Shown piece by piece: positions 12,556 through 25,500 of a stretch of 64,000 nt of DNA; position 1 is the stretch's first letter, and each line of letters starts with the position of its first letter. The notes under the pieces were generated by a model. It had not been told where the DNA came from. It made no database searches and was given only the letters and a program-made list of their open reading frames with translations. Source of the stretch: Amoebophrya sp. A120 (lineage: Eukaryota; Protista; Dinoflagellata); NCBI GenBank assembly GCA_905178155.1, contig CAJINV010000007.1, positions 752,627 to 816,626 on the forward strand. Reading direction: 5' to 3'. A program made the position numbers and the translations under genes.

Positions 12556-14225
12556 TGGGTCTGGTATACCATAGTGGGCCAGTTACTTATTTTCGCAAGA
12601 TGAAAAAAATCGATTAGTTTTCGTTTTGAAAAACAAAAACTCAATGCCGCACAACTACAAATAAATTGTACCGAGGACGAGGATGGTGATGGTGAAGCCG
12701 GCTTTGCCCACCTTGAGGTAGTCTGAAAGAAAAGAATGCAACCACGTTTAAATACCACGTAGTTGTACTAGAAAAGTCGTGCGGCACGATAGAACGACAC
12801 ATCAATTTTGTGCGATCAACAAAATCATTCTCATAGGTCGTATTCATGCCACAGGCACTACAGATATATGAGAAACATAATATGGAAGGAGACAGAGTAT
12901 GCATCGAATGGGCAGCCCCAACAAAAGATCTTCCCAAGAAACGCAAACCGCAAATTTGTTACGGGGAGCAAAAATGAAAATTGATGTATCCCATCTACAG
13001 AAAAAAACCGAGAAGCGTTAGTTATTCGTTGCTATTCTGTGTGTCCACCGGCGTTTAGACAATAATACCCTTTGACCTGTTCAATCTTTTCAGCGTTTTA
13101 CTATTCTACTCAGCAAATCGAAACATGAAGAAAATTAACCGGAATTTTCCAATGGAAGACCACAGCACGAAGTATCTACGAACAAGATCGTTCTGCTCTT
13201 GTACGTGTATTGTGTTCTCGACGAGTGCAAATCTTCTATAACATCTTCATCTGCAACAACTCACTGCAAGTACCTAGAGACCGAAATCGATCGGTACAGC
13301 CAGCTGCAATTGCTTCGGGCTCGCATTTCTGCTTTCGTACGAGAAAGGTTTGTGCTTCCGTAGACGGTCTCTCCGCTTTCGTTTCTTGCGTAGAACTTGT
13401 ACACGAAATTCATCGGTGCTTTTCGAGGGTGTCATCAAGCCAGGAGTGGTTTGTTTTCGGTTCTGTCTGCTTGTATTTTCCGTCGTACACCCCAGAGGAA
13501 CCAGTCGGATGTCGACCTTGGTTCTATTCTTTTATCCGTTGTTTGTTACGTAGAAACAGCAAGTACAAGGTCGGTCCTATCGTGAGAGATGTTGTCCTCG
13601 GTAGAAGTAAAGCGAGGATGGAGCTGCATCTTTCGTCTTTATTATTTCATGTTGTCACAAGCACAACATGACTCGTCCACATGAATCCTTCATGTGGGCA
13701 GCCGTTCACTTGCACGGACAAGAAGTATAGATGAGGCATCAATAAATCTCGATCAAGAATGTTTCCACTCGGCCGACTACAGCTAGAGTTCTTATTGCCT
13801 GTTCTTCTTCTCGTTCTCTTCTCCCAGGTGAAAAGCTGTTTTCTCAAGTTGTAAGGAGCCTAATAATAAAGAACCCGCCCTCGTCACCACGACCTGTTGT
13901 CATTTTTCCAGCCTTCTTTGGATATTTTTGATCTAACCGAACCGAGCCTGTCGCATTTTTAGTCGGCAGCTGTTTGTAAGTATCGAGATTCCACGGCCTG
14001 AACAACGGTTGGGTTGAAAATTCAAGAAGCACGAACATCGACTAGTACAGCACCAATCGAAGCGGACGTAGCAGACATCAGGAAAAGTAGAAACGCCAGT
14101 CTTTGATAAAAACATTCGCCTGCTTCGCTGCGAGGTGGACAAGAAGTTCGTCAAACTACAGGGCGATAATTTCCAACTCCACGCCCTTTTTACCCTTAAC
14201 GAACTCGCACTCCGCCGCGCAAGAA

Positions 14226-17200
14226 ATGAGGGGTCGCGAGGATCAGCGACCGAACTACAATAAACGCGCGGTGACTCCCGCCGGGTATGACACTTCGAAG
14301 CCACCGGTAGTGCAGCCGAAAAACCTTCTCTATCTCGGCAACAACTTTGGGCCCGAGTGTGACCGGGCGGCGAGTGGTTGCTTCACGGATGCCTCCCACC
14401 CGAGCGACCTGGAGCGCGTGGGGTGCTGTGGCTGCGACCGCAGCGTGGCCCCGACGTGTCTGACGCGGTGTGCGGGGTGTTGCTTGTGGAGCTGCGGGGT
14501 CAATTTGTGCATTTCGGGCAACTGGGACGGGCGGTGGAGTTCTTCGTTCAAGCTGAACCTGTTTCTGACCTCCGTGCTGGGGTTGAACGAAATTGTGTGC
14601 AACGCAATTGAAGTTCTCCTCGTCATGGGCACGCTGGGCTACGACACCGGTGGGAAGCAGCAATTCAACGACTACTCCATTCTACACCTGTCGTGGTACC
14701 TTCCCTGCTTCGAAAAGTACCCCATGATGTGGGCGTCGGAGGCCTACTACAAGGAGCACGGTCTGTTCTCCGACCCTGCCGTGTGGCGCGAGTTGCGCCA
14801 AGAGCTGACCACGGTCCGCTGGGTGCGGTTTGTGTTGTTTCTCCTTTTCTGGTCGATCTTGGTGATTTACACCTTTTCCTGGAACCCGAAACTGTATGGG
14901 TACTATTTCAAAAACCTGGTCAAAGGCGCGCCAGCAGCATCTCCAGCGAGCAAGGCCACTCCTGCAGGCGACTCGTCTGGAGGAGGAGGATCAACAACTC
15001 CTGATATTCCCGTTTATGCAATGCAAAAGTATCGTACTAGTAGTTTAAATTGCATTACAAATTCCCCCAGCATTACAAATCGAATTTGTGATGCTGATTT
15101 ACTTTGAGAAAGAGATTTGTAATGCATAAATGCAATTACTACGAGTACGATACTTTTGCACAGGATACCGTTGTTTCCGGAACCATTCTGTACGCGGGAA
15201 CGACGCCGTATGGGAGTATCAGGATTGAAATCGTCAAAGTTGAAATAGTTTGTCATGCATAAAATGCAACGCACGAACTGCCTCTATTGCAGAGGACGCA
15301 AGGGAGGCAGATTGTAGTGCTGGCAAGGGTCGAGAATTGGGCTGCTGATTAGCATCGCAGAGGGGAGCCCCTTTGCCCTAAACAGCATGACAAACTGGCT
15401 TCCGTGACGGACAAAATTTGTCATGCGCCGACTGGAACCTGCGGGTCCAATTGGTCTCGATTTTATGCATTACAAGTTACCAGCCATGCTCCGGCTGCCG
15501 CCGGAGCGCAAGGCTGTCGGGCCGAGGCAAGACTGTTTGCCGATTGGACCGCAACACTACGGGCCTGCGCATAGAGAAACATACTGGAGCCTGTTTGCGT
15601 TGCGCCAACCCGCAGGACCGCTTGCGCGCTTCCCGCGCCTGTGGGCGCTCTGCGGGGGGAGCAGCTGCAAAGAACACCGGGGGCGAACAGAAGCCGCCCG
15701 GCGCGAGAGGGTAGAGCGAGAGGGTTGCGCGAGAGGGTGACGCAAGAGGGTGGCGCGAGAGGGTGCGCGAGAGGGTGGCACGGAAAGGCGCCGAGCAAAA
15801 CAAGTCCGCGAATGGCCTGCAATGCGAAATATGGGCAGCACCATGCGGATTCGCGCCCATTTCTTTCTGTTTTTACCCTCTTGCAGACCTCTCGCAGACC
15901 CTCTTTTTGACCTCTTTTGGGGGTCCCCGCTAATAATCCGGCTATACTCGCCAGTGGAGGTCGACAAAGGTGGCCGAGAGGTGGCCCAGAGGGTGCGCGA
16001 GAGGATTCCCGTTATTCGCGCCACCTCTCTGCACCCCTGTCCACCTCTCGGCCGCCCTCTTTTCTACCTCTCGGCACCCTCCGAGGCGCTTAGCGGCCCT
16101 AAAGGGCGACCGGTTCGGCGGGCTATACTCGCGCCACCTCTCGGCCACCCTCCCGAATGACCTCCCGCGCCACCTCTCCACCTCTGTCGACCTCTTTTTT
16201 ACCTCTTTTGGCCTCTTTTTGACCTCCCTGCCACCTCTCGTTTACCCTCTCTAGACCAATACTTTCGCATGAATATAATTATAATAATAGTGAAACGAAC
16301 TTTGCCTCCCCCTTTGCTATAATCTATAGGAGGCACTTAGAAAAATAATTCTAAACGAATGTGCTTAGAAGGTCTCGTCTAGAAGCTTCGTGTAACAGAT
16401 TGAACGCGTTCCCGTTATATGTGCCCCGTACCGTCGTGCAAAATGTTATCCTGCACGCCCTGGCGAGCATGTGAAAGAATGCCAGCACCTTAAACAAAGC
16501 AAAGCCACGGATCCCGTGGCAGTATGGGGACCATCACTTTCCGGCCCGCCGGGCAAGAGCGAGGGCCAGGAGCCCCCTGGCCATCGCTTTCCGGCCGAGC
16601 AGACGTTGTTTCCTGTCTCTCCGGGCAAAAATGACGGCCAGGAGCTCCTTGGCCATCCATGGCCTTCCGCCCGGGCAAGCAAGGTGATGGCCACCCAGCA
16701 GCAGCTCCTCGGCCACTACTTTGGGCGGCCATCGCTTTCCTGGTGGGTCGGGCAAAAGAGATGGCTAAGAGCTCGTCGGCCACCACTTTCCGCTGGCTCG
16801 GACATGATAAGTCATGGCCGAGGGCCCCTTGGCCATGACTTTCCGGTCGGGCAAAAATGATGGCTAAGGGCTCCCGCCTGGCCATCAATTTTGGCCATCA
16901 CTTCCCGGCCCGCCGGGCAAAAGTGATGGCCAAGGGCAGGAGTTCCTGGGCCATGCATCAATTTCCGGTCGGGCCCTTGGTCACTATTTTGACTTTCCGG
17001 CCGGGCAAAAATGGTGGGCAAGAGCTCCTCTGGTGCCACCATTTTCCGGCCGGGTAAAGTGGTGGCCAGGGGCCCCTGAGCCTTCACTTCCCGGCCGGGC
17101 AAAAATGATGGCCGAGAGCTCCCTGGCCATCGCCTTCCGTTCGGGCAAAAGTCCTCGCCAAGAGCCCGGTGGCCATCGCTTTCCGGTAGGTCGCTCGGGC

Positions 17201-20200
17201 TGAAGTAATGGCCAAGGGCTCCCTGGCTATCACTTTGGGCGGGCAAATTGTGAAAACCGACCTCAAGTCCGAATCCCCCTGCAGCCGTCGGGATGCTGTC
17301 GCGAAGGAAAGCCTTCGTGACAGCATCCGGACGACAACAGGGGGGCTCGGACCTGCAAGCGGTTTCCACAACTTGCAGCCCAAGCGTGCGAACCATTCTC
17401 AACCTCGAGCCCCCCCCTGTTGTCGTCAGGATACTGTCGCGAAAGGCTTCGCGGCAGTATCCTGACGACAACAGGGCGACTCGGACTCGACAGCGGTTCT
17501 CACAACTTGCCGCCCAAATGCGAGCACCACTCTCACCCCCGAGCCCTTCGCGACAGTATCCTGACGACAGCAGGGGGGCTCGGACTGGAAAAATGGGAAA
17601 GCCATTTTTTCGAGTCCGAATCGCCCTGCTATCGTCAGGATACTGTCGCGAAGCGTATCCTGGCGACAGCGCGGGGCCTCGAGCTTGAGGCAGGTTTTCT
17701 TCCAGAAGCGAAGCCCTTTATTTTCAAGCGCTGGCAAAAGTCGTGGCGAAGAGCTCCCTGGGCGTCGCCTTTCGGCCGGGCGCAAGTGATGGCCAAGAGC
17801 TCCCTGGCCGTCAAAGTGGCCATCGCTTCGCGGCCGGGCAAAGAAAGGCGATGGCCAAGAGCTCCGCGGCCATCGCTTTTCGTTCGAGCAAAAGCGAGCT
17901 TGGCCATCGCTTTCCGGTCGGACGGGGGGGCAAGAGCGATGGCCAAGAACTCCGCGGCCATCACTTTTGTTTTTGCCATCGCTTTCTGGTCGGGCAAAAG
18001 TGATGGCCAGAAGCTCCCTGGCCATCACTTTTCGGCCGGGCGAAGAAAAACGATCGCGGCCGCTCCTTGGCCATCACTTTTGCCCGTCACTTTTGCCCAT
18101 CACTTTCCGGGCGGGCAAAAGTGGTGGCCAAGGGCTCCGTCCTTGGCAATTATTGCCCAGCGCTTTCCTGTCGGGCAAAAGTGATGGCCAGTAGTTCCGC
18201 TGCCGCCGCTTTTCGCCCGGACATGCAAAAGCCCTCGGCCCTCACTTCTGGCCATCGCTTTCCGGTCGGGCAAAAGTGATGGCCGAGAGCTCCCTGCTCA
18301 TCCATTTCCGGCCGGGCAAAAATGATGGCCAAGAGCTCCGTGGCCAAGCAACCATCGACCTTCACTCTTTGGCCATCATTTTCATTCCGGGCGGGCAAAA
18401 GTGGTGGCCAAGAGCTCCTTGCCCGGGCCATCACTTTTGGCCATCGCCTTCCGGTCGGGCAAAAGTGATGGCCAAGATCTCCCTGCCTGGCCGGCATTTT
18501 CGGCCATCAGTCGCTGTTCCCCCGCGCGGGCAAAAGTGCTGGCCAAGACCTCCGCGGCCACCACTTTCTCAGGCGAACGGGCCCGGGCCGATTTTGGGGG
18601 TAATATGCAGGGAAAATTTAGGCAATTTTTAAAATCGGGCAGCCGGCGAAGGGGTTGGGTGGACGCGCCGTGGTGCTCCGTCCGTGTTATGCCTTTGGGC
18701 GCCCCAGTGTTTTCTCGGTTTGTGAAGGTGACTGGCTTGCCTTTGTCCGGGGTCGCACCTTAGGCGGGCCATGGCGCAACCTGGGGGAGGCCGCACTGGC
18801 GTGCGTTTTTCTACCACACCCAACCCGACTGCCCTTTTCAGGTTTTGGCGCGTGCAATTTCGCGGGAATTTTTGCGGGAATTTTTGCGGGAATTTCCGAA
18901 ATCGTCGCCAAAAAGTCGCGCTAATTTTGCGGGAATATGTGCGATTGACCCACCGGCAAAATCGCTAAAAAGGCCGCTAATTCGATGCGCAATTTTTCGG
19001 GAATTTCGCCGGGGGCGCCAAAGCCCAACCATTGCCTTTGCCTTGTTTTGGCCCGGGGGGGTGAAATTCCCAAAAAATTGCACATCGAATTGAACACGAA
19101 ATTGGACACCTCCTTTTTTGGTTTCCGCCATGGGCGCGGGCGAAATTGAACAAAAATTGCACACAAAATTGCACACAAAATTGAACATGAAACTGCGCAA
19201 AAAATTGCACAAAGCCGCGGGCACCTCCGGGGATACGAGCTTCGTCGGAGCTTGGTTATCTTGGTTCTCGCTTATCAGGAGGCAGGGCGACCTGCCTCGG
19301 GGCCCCGCGAAGGAATCTTGGAAGCGGCCGGGGTTTTCCGTTTGGATTTGGGCCGGGGGGCTCGAAGGGTTTTCGGTGGATCCCGGCGGCCGGGGGCGGG
19401 TCTTTCTGGGCAATCATGCCCCAGCCTTTGCCAATCCTTCAAATTGGCAATTTTTTCCCGCAGAGTTCCCGCGTTAAGTGGCCCGGGCCTGTTCGCCTGA
19501 CACTTTCGGGGGCGCGCAAAAGTGTTGCCCGGCCGGAGCGAAAGAGGTGGCAAAAAGTGACTGCCTGGAAGCTCTTGGCCATCACTTTTGCCCAGCATTT
19601 TCCGGTCGGGCAGCCGGGCAAGAGCGATGGCCAAGAGCTTCCAGGCAGTCACTTTTTGCCACCTCTTGCGTTCCGGCCGGGCACGCTTTTGCTTTCCGGC
19701 TTCGTTCCTTCACTTTTCTCGCGCACGCTTTTGCCTCTCGGCTTCTGGTGCATGGCATGGGCGGGGGGGCGCGAGGCAAAACCGCGCGAACAAGCCCCCG
19801 GAAGTGTGAGGCCCATCCCCATCAAGGGGCGGGGGTTTTGTTTGCGCCGGCCGCCGAAGCCGCCCCAGAATAAGCTTCGCAACCGGCCCCCTTCGCTTTG
19901 CTTGCCGCGTGCGGCTAAAGGGCTGACGGCGGGCCGGCGTCCTGGACGCCGGACCGCAAAAGGCGTTAAAGCGGCGATGCCGCTAGGGCACGCGCAGGCG
20001 CGGCAACGCGGCTAAAGGGCTGACGGCGGGCCGGCGTCCGGGACGCCGGACCGCAAAAGGCGTGAAAGCGGCGAGGCCGCTAGGGCAAGCGCAGGCGCGG
20101 CAACGATCTTCCTCGGGGCAGGCAGCGTTATGCCTTTCAACCTTCTAGCCGCATTCTACTCGACTCCAAGCCAAACCTTCTAAACGCATTCCCGTCTTTA

Positions 20201-21511
20201 GAATTATTTTTAAATCTACTAGCCCAGCGGGCGTCCGGGACGCCCGCGTCAAGAGGCTAGTAATAGATAGTTATTCCAACTTTGTCGATTTCAATCCTGA
20301 CACATCCATAGGCCGCAATCGTCGTCCGGGACGAAGAAAAGTTCGCGATTGTTGGTCGGTGCCCCGCAGGCGGTCGAGAACACCAGCAGTTCTACTTACG
20401 TATCAAATGTAAAAATGTCTAGGTCTGGAAGAGTCCATGTTTGTCATGCGTGTCTGGCATGACTCTCAAATCTGTCATGCACGTTAAGTACCCAAGAGCG
20501 CCATTTTTCTGTCATACAGAAACGCAGCTTGTCATGCAGAATAGGCAACACGTAGAAGCTCAGAAACTTGTCATGCTGAGCCAACACTTGTGGCCTCGTC
20601 ATAATACGCCACCCAGCATCACATGTTTCCAGACCCAGACACTTTTGCATTTGATATTACGGAAGTGTAGAACAAGTGCTGGGAAGCAAGAACCCGCCGG
20701 GTGCCGGAGAGCAGGCACAAGGAGGACAACCAGCACAACAACTCGACCTGATGGCGAATCGCCACCTGTTACAACGAAAAAGTGGCGATGCAGAGGTTCT
20801 GCGGGGTCAGCAGCCGACTACTGCTATTAGTCGCGGAACTGCTGCAGCTCCGAAGCAAGACCAGCAACAACAAGGACATGGCGCTCCTGAACAACAGGTC
20901 GTTTTGCTCGGAGGTCGTGGTTTGTCCCAATTTCCTACTGAGAGGAAAAATCCCCCCTCCCCATATCGAAAAGATACGTTTCCGAAAATTTGTCTTGCTG
21001 ATTTGAGACCACAAATCGCGTCTGTCTTGCAAGAAGACAACTCCACAGGCTCTGCCGCATTATGCAGGCGGTTTGTGATGCTATGGGGCCTACAGCATAG
21101 ATGTTTCTCATGCTAAGCGCCTAGGCCAAAAGCTCGCTACTCAGGCTTAGCAGGAGCCTGCTGTCCTCTACTGCAAGACAAACCTGATTTGTCTACGCAA
21201 ATCCAGCATCAGAAGCATGCTTTTGATATGGGGAGGGGGGACTTTTCCTTGTGATATTTCGCAGCTCGGCTGCTGGTGTTCCTCGAGATTTGACGCACAT
21301 CTCGCCAGCCGCGGGTCTTTTTTCAGAAGAACAAGAAGCACGACGAGAGCCCAGGACGATTTCCAGGGCGTCTGGTGAAATAAATGCTCCGACCATGGAA
21401 AACGTTGGAACTGACGTTGCACCGCGACGATCATCGAAGAAAAGCAATACTACTAGGTCATCTGCTGGTGCTGTTGCGCCGTCGTCACAGGCGGAGGCCG
21501 CGCAGGTCTGA
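14226..21511 (+). CDS. Cys-rich multi-pass membrane protein, paralog 2 (5 exons; start codon inferred)
   Basis: VGCCGCDRS...CAGCCLWSCGVNLCISGNWDGRWSSSFKLN...FSWNPKLY aligns with paralog 1; frame continues across 4 introners, one of them 5.1 kb. Confidence 0.8.
15015..15167. mobile_element. Introner, family D
   Basis: tgcaaaagtatcgtact / agtacgatacttttgca; DR ccgtt. Confidence 0.9.
16530..18565. repeat. GC-rich palindromic repeat array
   Basis: Many copies of ggccatc(a/g)cttt-ccggNcgggc-aaaagtgatggcc-aagagctcc, interrupted at about 17250-17690 by alternating cgacagtatcctgacg / cgtcaggatactgtcg units. Confidence 0.85.
19911..20105. repeat. Tandem duplication of about 97 bp
   Basis: gcggctaaagggctgacggcgggccggcgtcc...gcaggcgcggcaacg occurs twice. 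Confidence 0.85.
20401..20656. mobile_element. Introner, family A
   Basis: Family-A TIR; DR ttacg. Confidence 0.9.
20936..21256. mobile_element. Introner, family C
   Basis: Family-C TIR (starts tac); DR tttcc/tttcg. Confidence 0.9.
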
Positions 21512-22551
21512 GGTTGTGTTTGATGCGGGGTGATTTATTTGGGGCCTTAGTTTATTTTTATCTTTGACTTACTTTGAGGAGCTGGACCGAGCATGTCACA
21601 TCAAAGGCTCCGCCAGCTTCTGGATTTTTTCACACAAGATCTTTTCATTTTTCTCCATATTTTGCATATACGATATTTTTAAATTTCGATTTCTTCTTTT
21701 CATCGCACAACATCATAGACCTGATAAAGAAGAGACCGACCCTGAGTTGTAAGTCACTAGCGAAGAAGTTGAAAGTATAGACTAGTTGTACTTCGAAAAT
21801 GTATATGAATAAAATCACCGACCCGCCCATTTTTTCCTTGAAGGATCCCTTCAGTTTTACAGTCTTGTTTTACATATTTAAGTTATACTATCCCCGTTTC
21901 ATCACGGAACAATCTGATATGCACCAAAAGCAACACCAATGCATGTACATCGAATTATTGGACTCACTGCAGAAGAATGTAGACGAAGCAACAATTATCT
22001 CTAGAGAAGTAGAACACCGAATGTCAAGACGAACTTTTAATATTCGAAGAAAATTTACAGACAGGAAAAAACTGGAAAAAGAAAAAATCGGCCGACTGCG
22101 AACTCTTGTCCTCAGGGCGTGGAGGGTACTAAACTACGCATGACAGGATGTTGACCCTGCTCTTCATGAGTGGTTGCGTTCTGAAATAGCGGTCGTCTGG
22201 TCGTGTTCATTTTATTCGTCGGTCGCTCTTCTCCTTCGTGCCGCTGCTCCAAGCTGGTGGGTCTTCTGCTGGCCGGCTGTTGGTGCAAGCAAAAGTCTTG
22301 CGTTTTCCGCACGACATCAAACTGCGTTTTTGCATGGCAAGGAAAAAGTTTGTCATGCGGAAAACTACGCATCCTCGAAGTTGTGATGTCGTCCACCTGA
22401 GCGCAAAAAAGCGTTTGCTTTTTTTCATGATCCAAAGACAGAGATCTTCTAAGTAAGTACCTCACTTCGAGCGAGTACGCTTCTCGTCATTTGTTGAACA
22501 AGCAGGAGAGAGCAGCGCGCGCCTCGTTATTATCTTGTTCACACAACTAAT

Positions 22552-25500
22552 ATGCGGGGCTGTTTCTGGCGTATAGTAGTAGTACTGTTTGCGCTACGAC
22601 CTCCTGTACCTGCGTCTGGCTACCTGACTCCAGATAACGTGCAAGCCGTACTGCAGTGCTTCTACGATGATTTCACATCGCAGTTTCTCCAGCGCTTTTT
22701 CCGGGATGTGGGAAACCAGGTGCGCTCGGATATCATATGTGAAAGCGACCCCGGCTGATAAGATTCAAGTTGGGAAATCTGCTAGACAAATCAACATGCT
22801 TTGCTTGTTCTTGAGCATGACAAATTTGGGCTCGAAATGCAGTCGTCTTTAGTGCTAGTGAAGCAGCGTTTCCGATCTAGCGCATGATGGTGCTGATTCG
22901 AGCATAACAGAACTTACTAGAAAGTGCTTCTCCTGGGTTTCTCTCCGCATAAGAAACCTTCTCTAGCATGACGATTTGCATAAATGCAACTCTGGGGTGG
23001 GGGCGTTTTCACGCATGATATCGCCAACGCACCGGGCCGCCGATGTGCTCTCGATGTTCGAAGACGTGGTGGTACATGAGATGCGTTGGACCCGGGTCCT
23101 GCAGCTGTTCCTGCGTGACCGGGACATGCTACTGGACCAGGAAATTCAACGGATGGAAGCGCACCTCCTACGAGAAGATAGTACTTCTACCGAGGTCGGT
23201 GAAGATGTTCATCTTGAGGCCTATCCCTGGCCGTCCTTCCTGCACTCTGTGAACGAGGTCGCGGGTGCGCACCACCTGACAGCCGCAGCCTTCTGCCGCG
23301 CACTGGACATTTGCGCAAGTCCTGACGCCGTGCAGCGCCTCGCGGGAGGGTCCACCGAAAACAAGGGGTCTTTTTTGCACGTTCTCAGTGCGAGGGAGCA
23401 GGATGACCCGCACTGGCTGCGGCACCGGAGGACAAGGAAGCAAGGTGCGTCAACGGTGTTGCCGACAGAAGATATTGCTGCACCAGCATCAACTCAAGCG
23501 TCGGTGCTGCTCTGGCTCCACGCCCGGGGCCTGGGGCCGAAGCATCACATCTGGGTGCAGTTGCGCGAGCTGCTGTTACTTGGCCGTTTCCTAGACGGCA
23601 TGGGACCAGAGGTGCGCGACCGCTTCCGGGGGGCGCTCGTCGTGTTCGTTGAGCACGCGGTGGAGTCGGCGCGGCTCCACTATGACCGCGCGGTGCGTGC
23701 TGGCACACTTTCGCTCGCCCCGCTTTCTGACACGACTACAACAGCAGAGCTCGACCGTGCGGACCTGCGCACTATGCCACTGACGGACGACTTCTTGTTT
23801 CGAACCTCACTCCTTGAGGAAGTCGAGGATAAAGAATCAGAGTCGGGCACGCGCTATGAACTGCAAAAGTATCGTACTCGTGTGAATTGCAGGGATGCAT
23901 GACAAATGTGGTGTCCTACCCGAATCTGCATTACAAATTCCAATTTTCTTCCTGATAAAATTTGTCATGCGATTTATACTAGTACGAGGCTTTTTCACAG
24001 GATACGCGTCAGGCTTTTCGATTGCTACGGGGATTACGGGTCTACTTCAGCGCGGCATTGGCCCTCGTGGATGTTTTATGCAAGAAAAAAACTGTGTAAG
24101 TGTAACTCTGTGACGCAGAACATGCAACAGATTTACACCTGTCATGCCAAACAGCCATGAAGTCCTCTTTTCATGTGTGTTTTCCCTTACAAGCCACGCA
24201 TGACAGGCCCTCTCTGTCATGTAGAGCAAATTTGTAATGCTGTCAGCCAAAGAAAGTTACACTAGCACATTTTTTTCTTAGATATGTTTTCACACAAACG
24301 GAGGACGCGAATGTGTACGATATGCAATGCAAAAGCATGATGTACTAGCATATGTTGCATCACAAACTTAATACCTAAGTTTGAAAACTAAATTTGTCAT
24401 GGTGGTTTGGCTACGAAAGTAGAGTATGAAGTCTGTATTAATGCAGTACTGCAAAAAATACTACGAGTGCGATTATACTTTTGCGATGAATATACGAGCT
24501 GGATCCGCAGCAGGTTTCGAAAGGTGATTTCTTCTTCCCACCTGCAGCTACGCAGAGTCCACCTCGCGAGGGCGGTATCCAACAAAAAAAGCTGCTGTAT
24601 GTGTAAGTTTTTTGGAAGAACAGCATTACAAATCTATCTGGCACGAGAGCAAAAACCTGTCATGCGCAGATTGCACGTGAAAACGCGCTTGGATGGACCT
24701 TACAATGCATCCCGAGCATGACAGCCGCAATCACTTTGCATGTTGCGCATCACAAAGCTACACTAACAATCTTTTTTTCCTCGATACGCGGCCCCGGTGC
24801 CACCTCCGCCGCCGGAACACACCGGCGATTTTTCATGCCCGTTACGCACGAACTGTGGTATCAAATGCAAAAATGTCTACGTCTGGAAGGTTGGAACTTG
24901 TGATGCTAACTTTGGACTACAAAAAAAATCTGTATCGCATGACCAGCGAGAGGAGTCTAGTTTGTGCTACGCGGGGAGGGCGTTTGTCATGCGAGGTAGG
25001 CAGCAGGAAGCTCTTGAAAATTCTGTGATGCTAGGTCGTGCATTACAGACATCCTGGGTCATGCAAAACATGCATGACAAGTCTCAGAATCTTCCAGACC
25101 CAGACATTTTTGCTATGCATATGTGGCTCCTGGTAACCGAAGGTGAAGCCGCGGCTGCGCGGGAACAGTGCACACCCAGCACGCTGTATTCGGAGATGCG
25201 CGCCCGAATGCTCTGCGCGTTTTTTTACTTGAACCGACTGAAAGTGGAAACGTCGCTAGCCACCCGCGATTATCCTGTGCAAAAGTATCGTACTCATAGT
25301 AATTGCAATCATGCATTACAAATCTTTCTCTTAAGGCAAATCCCCATTACAAATTTCATTTGTCATGCTGAGGAAATTTGTAATGCATTTATACGAGGAG
25401 TGCGATACTTTTGCAATGCATAGCGATCCAGCGACAAACCAATCCGGCCACGATATCCTGAGTAAAAACGTCCCCATACCAGAGTCAACGTGGAAAATCT

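Larger units (their letters stand above)
16323..20260 (+). mobile_element. Inner non-autonomous Helitron-like element, 3.9 kb, repeat-filled
   Basis: A|TCTATAGG start; hairpin gcgggcgtcc-g-ggacgcccgc, 9 nt, then CTAG|T; imperfect subterminal inverted repeat about 16341-16372 vs 20176-20211. Confidence 0.7.
15480..20267 (-). mobile_element. Outer non-autonomous Helitron-like element (own sequence 15480-16322 plus 20261-20267)
   Basis: Minus strand: A|TCTATTA start at 20267; hairpin gctccggc-4nt-gccggagc followed by CTGG|T at 15480. Confidence 0.6.
15209..20310. mobile_element. Introner, family F, expanded to 5.1 kb by nested Helitron-like insertions
   Basis: tatgggagtatcaggattgaaatcg at 15209 pairs with cgatttcaatcctgacacatccata ending at 20310; DR cgccg/ggccg; flanking exons join in frame (GTTP|QSSSG). 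Confidence 0.85.

Noticed and set aside
15418-20015. Many overlapping 60-250 aa ORFs
   Set aside because: Artefacts of GC-rich palindromic repeats within an intron; no RepHel motifs.
22138-22390. Cluster of introner core motifs upstream of the 22552 gene
   Set aside because: No TIR or direct repeat could be defined; at most a decayed copy.
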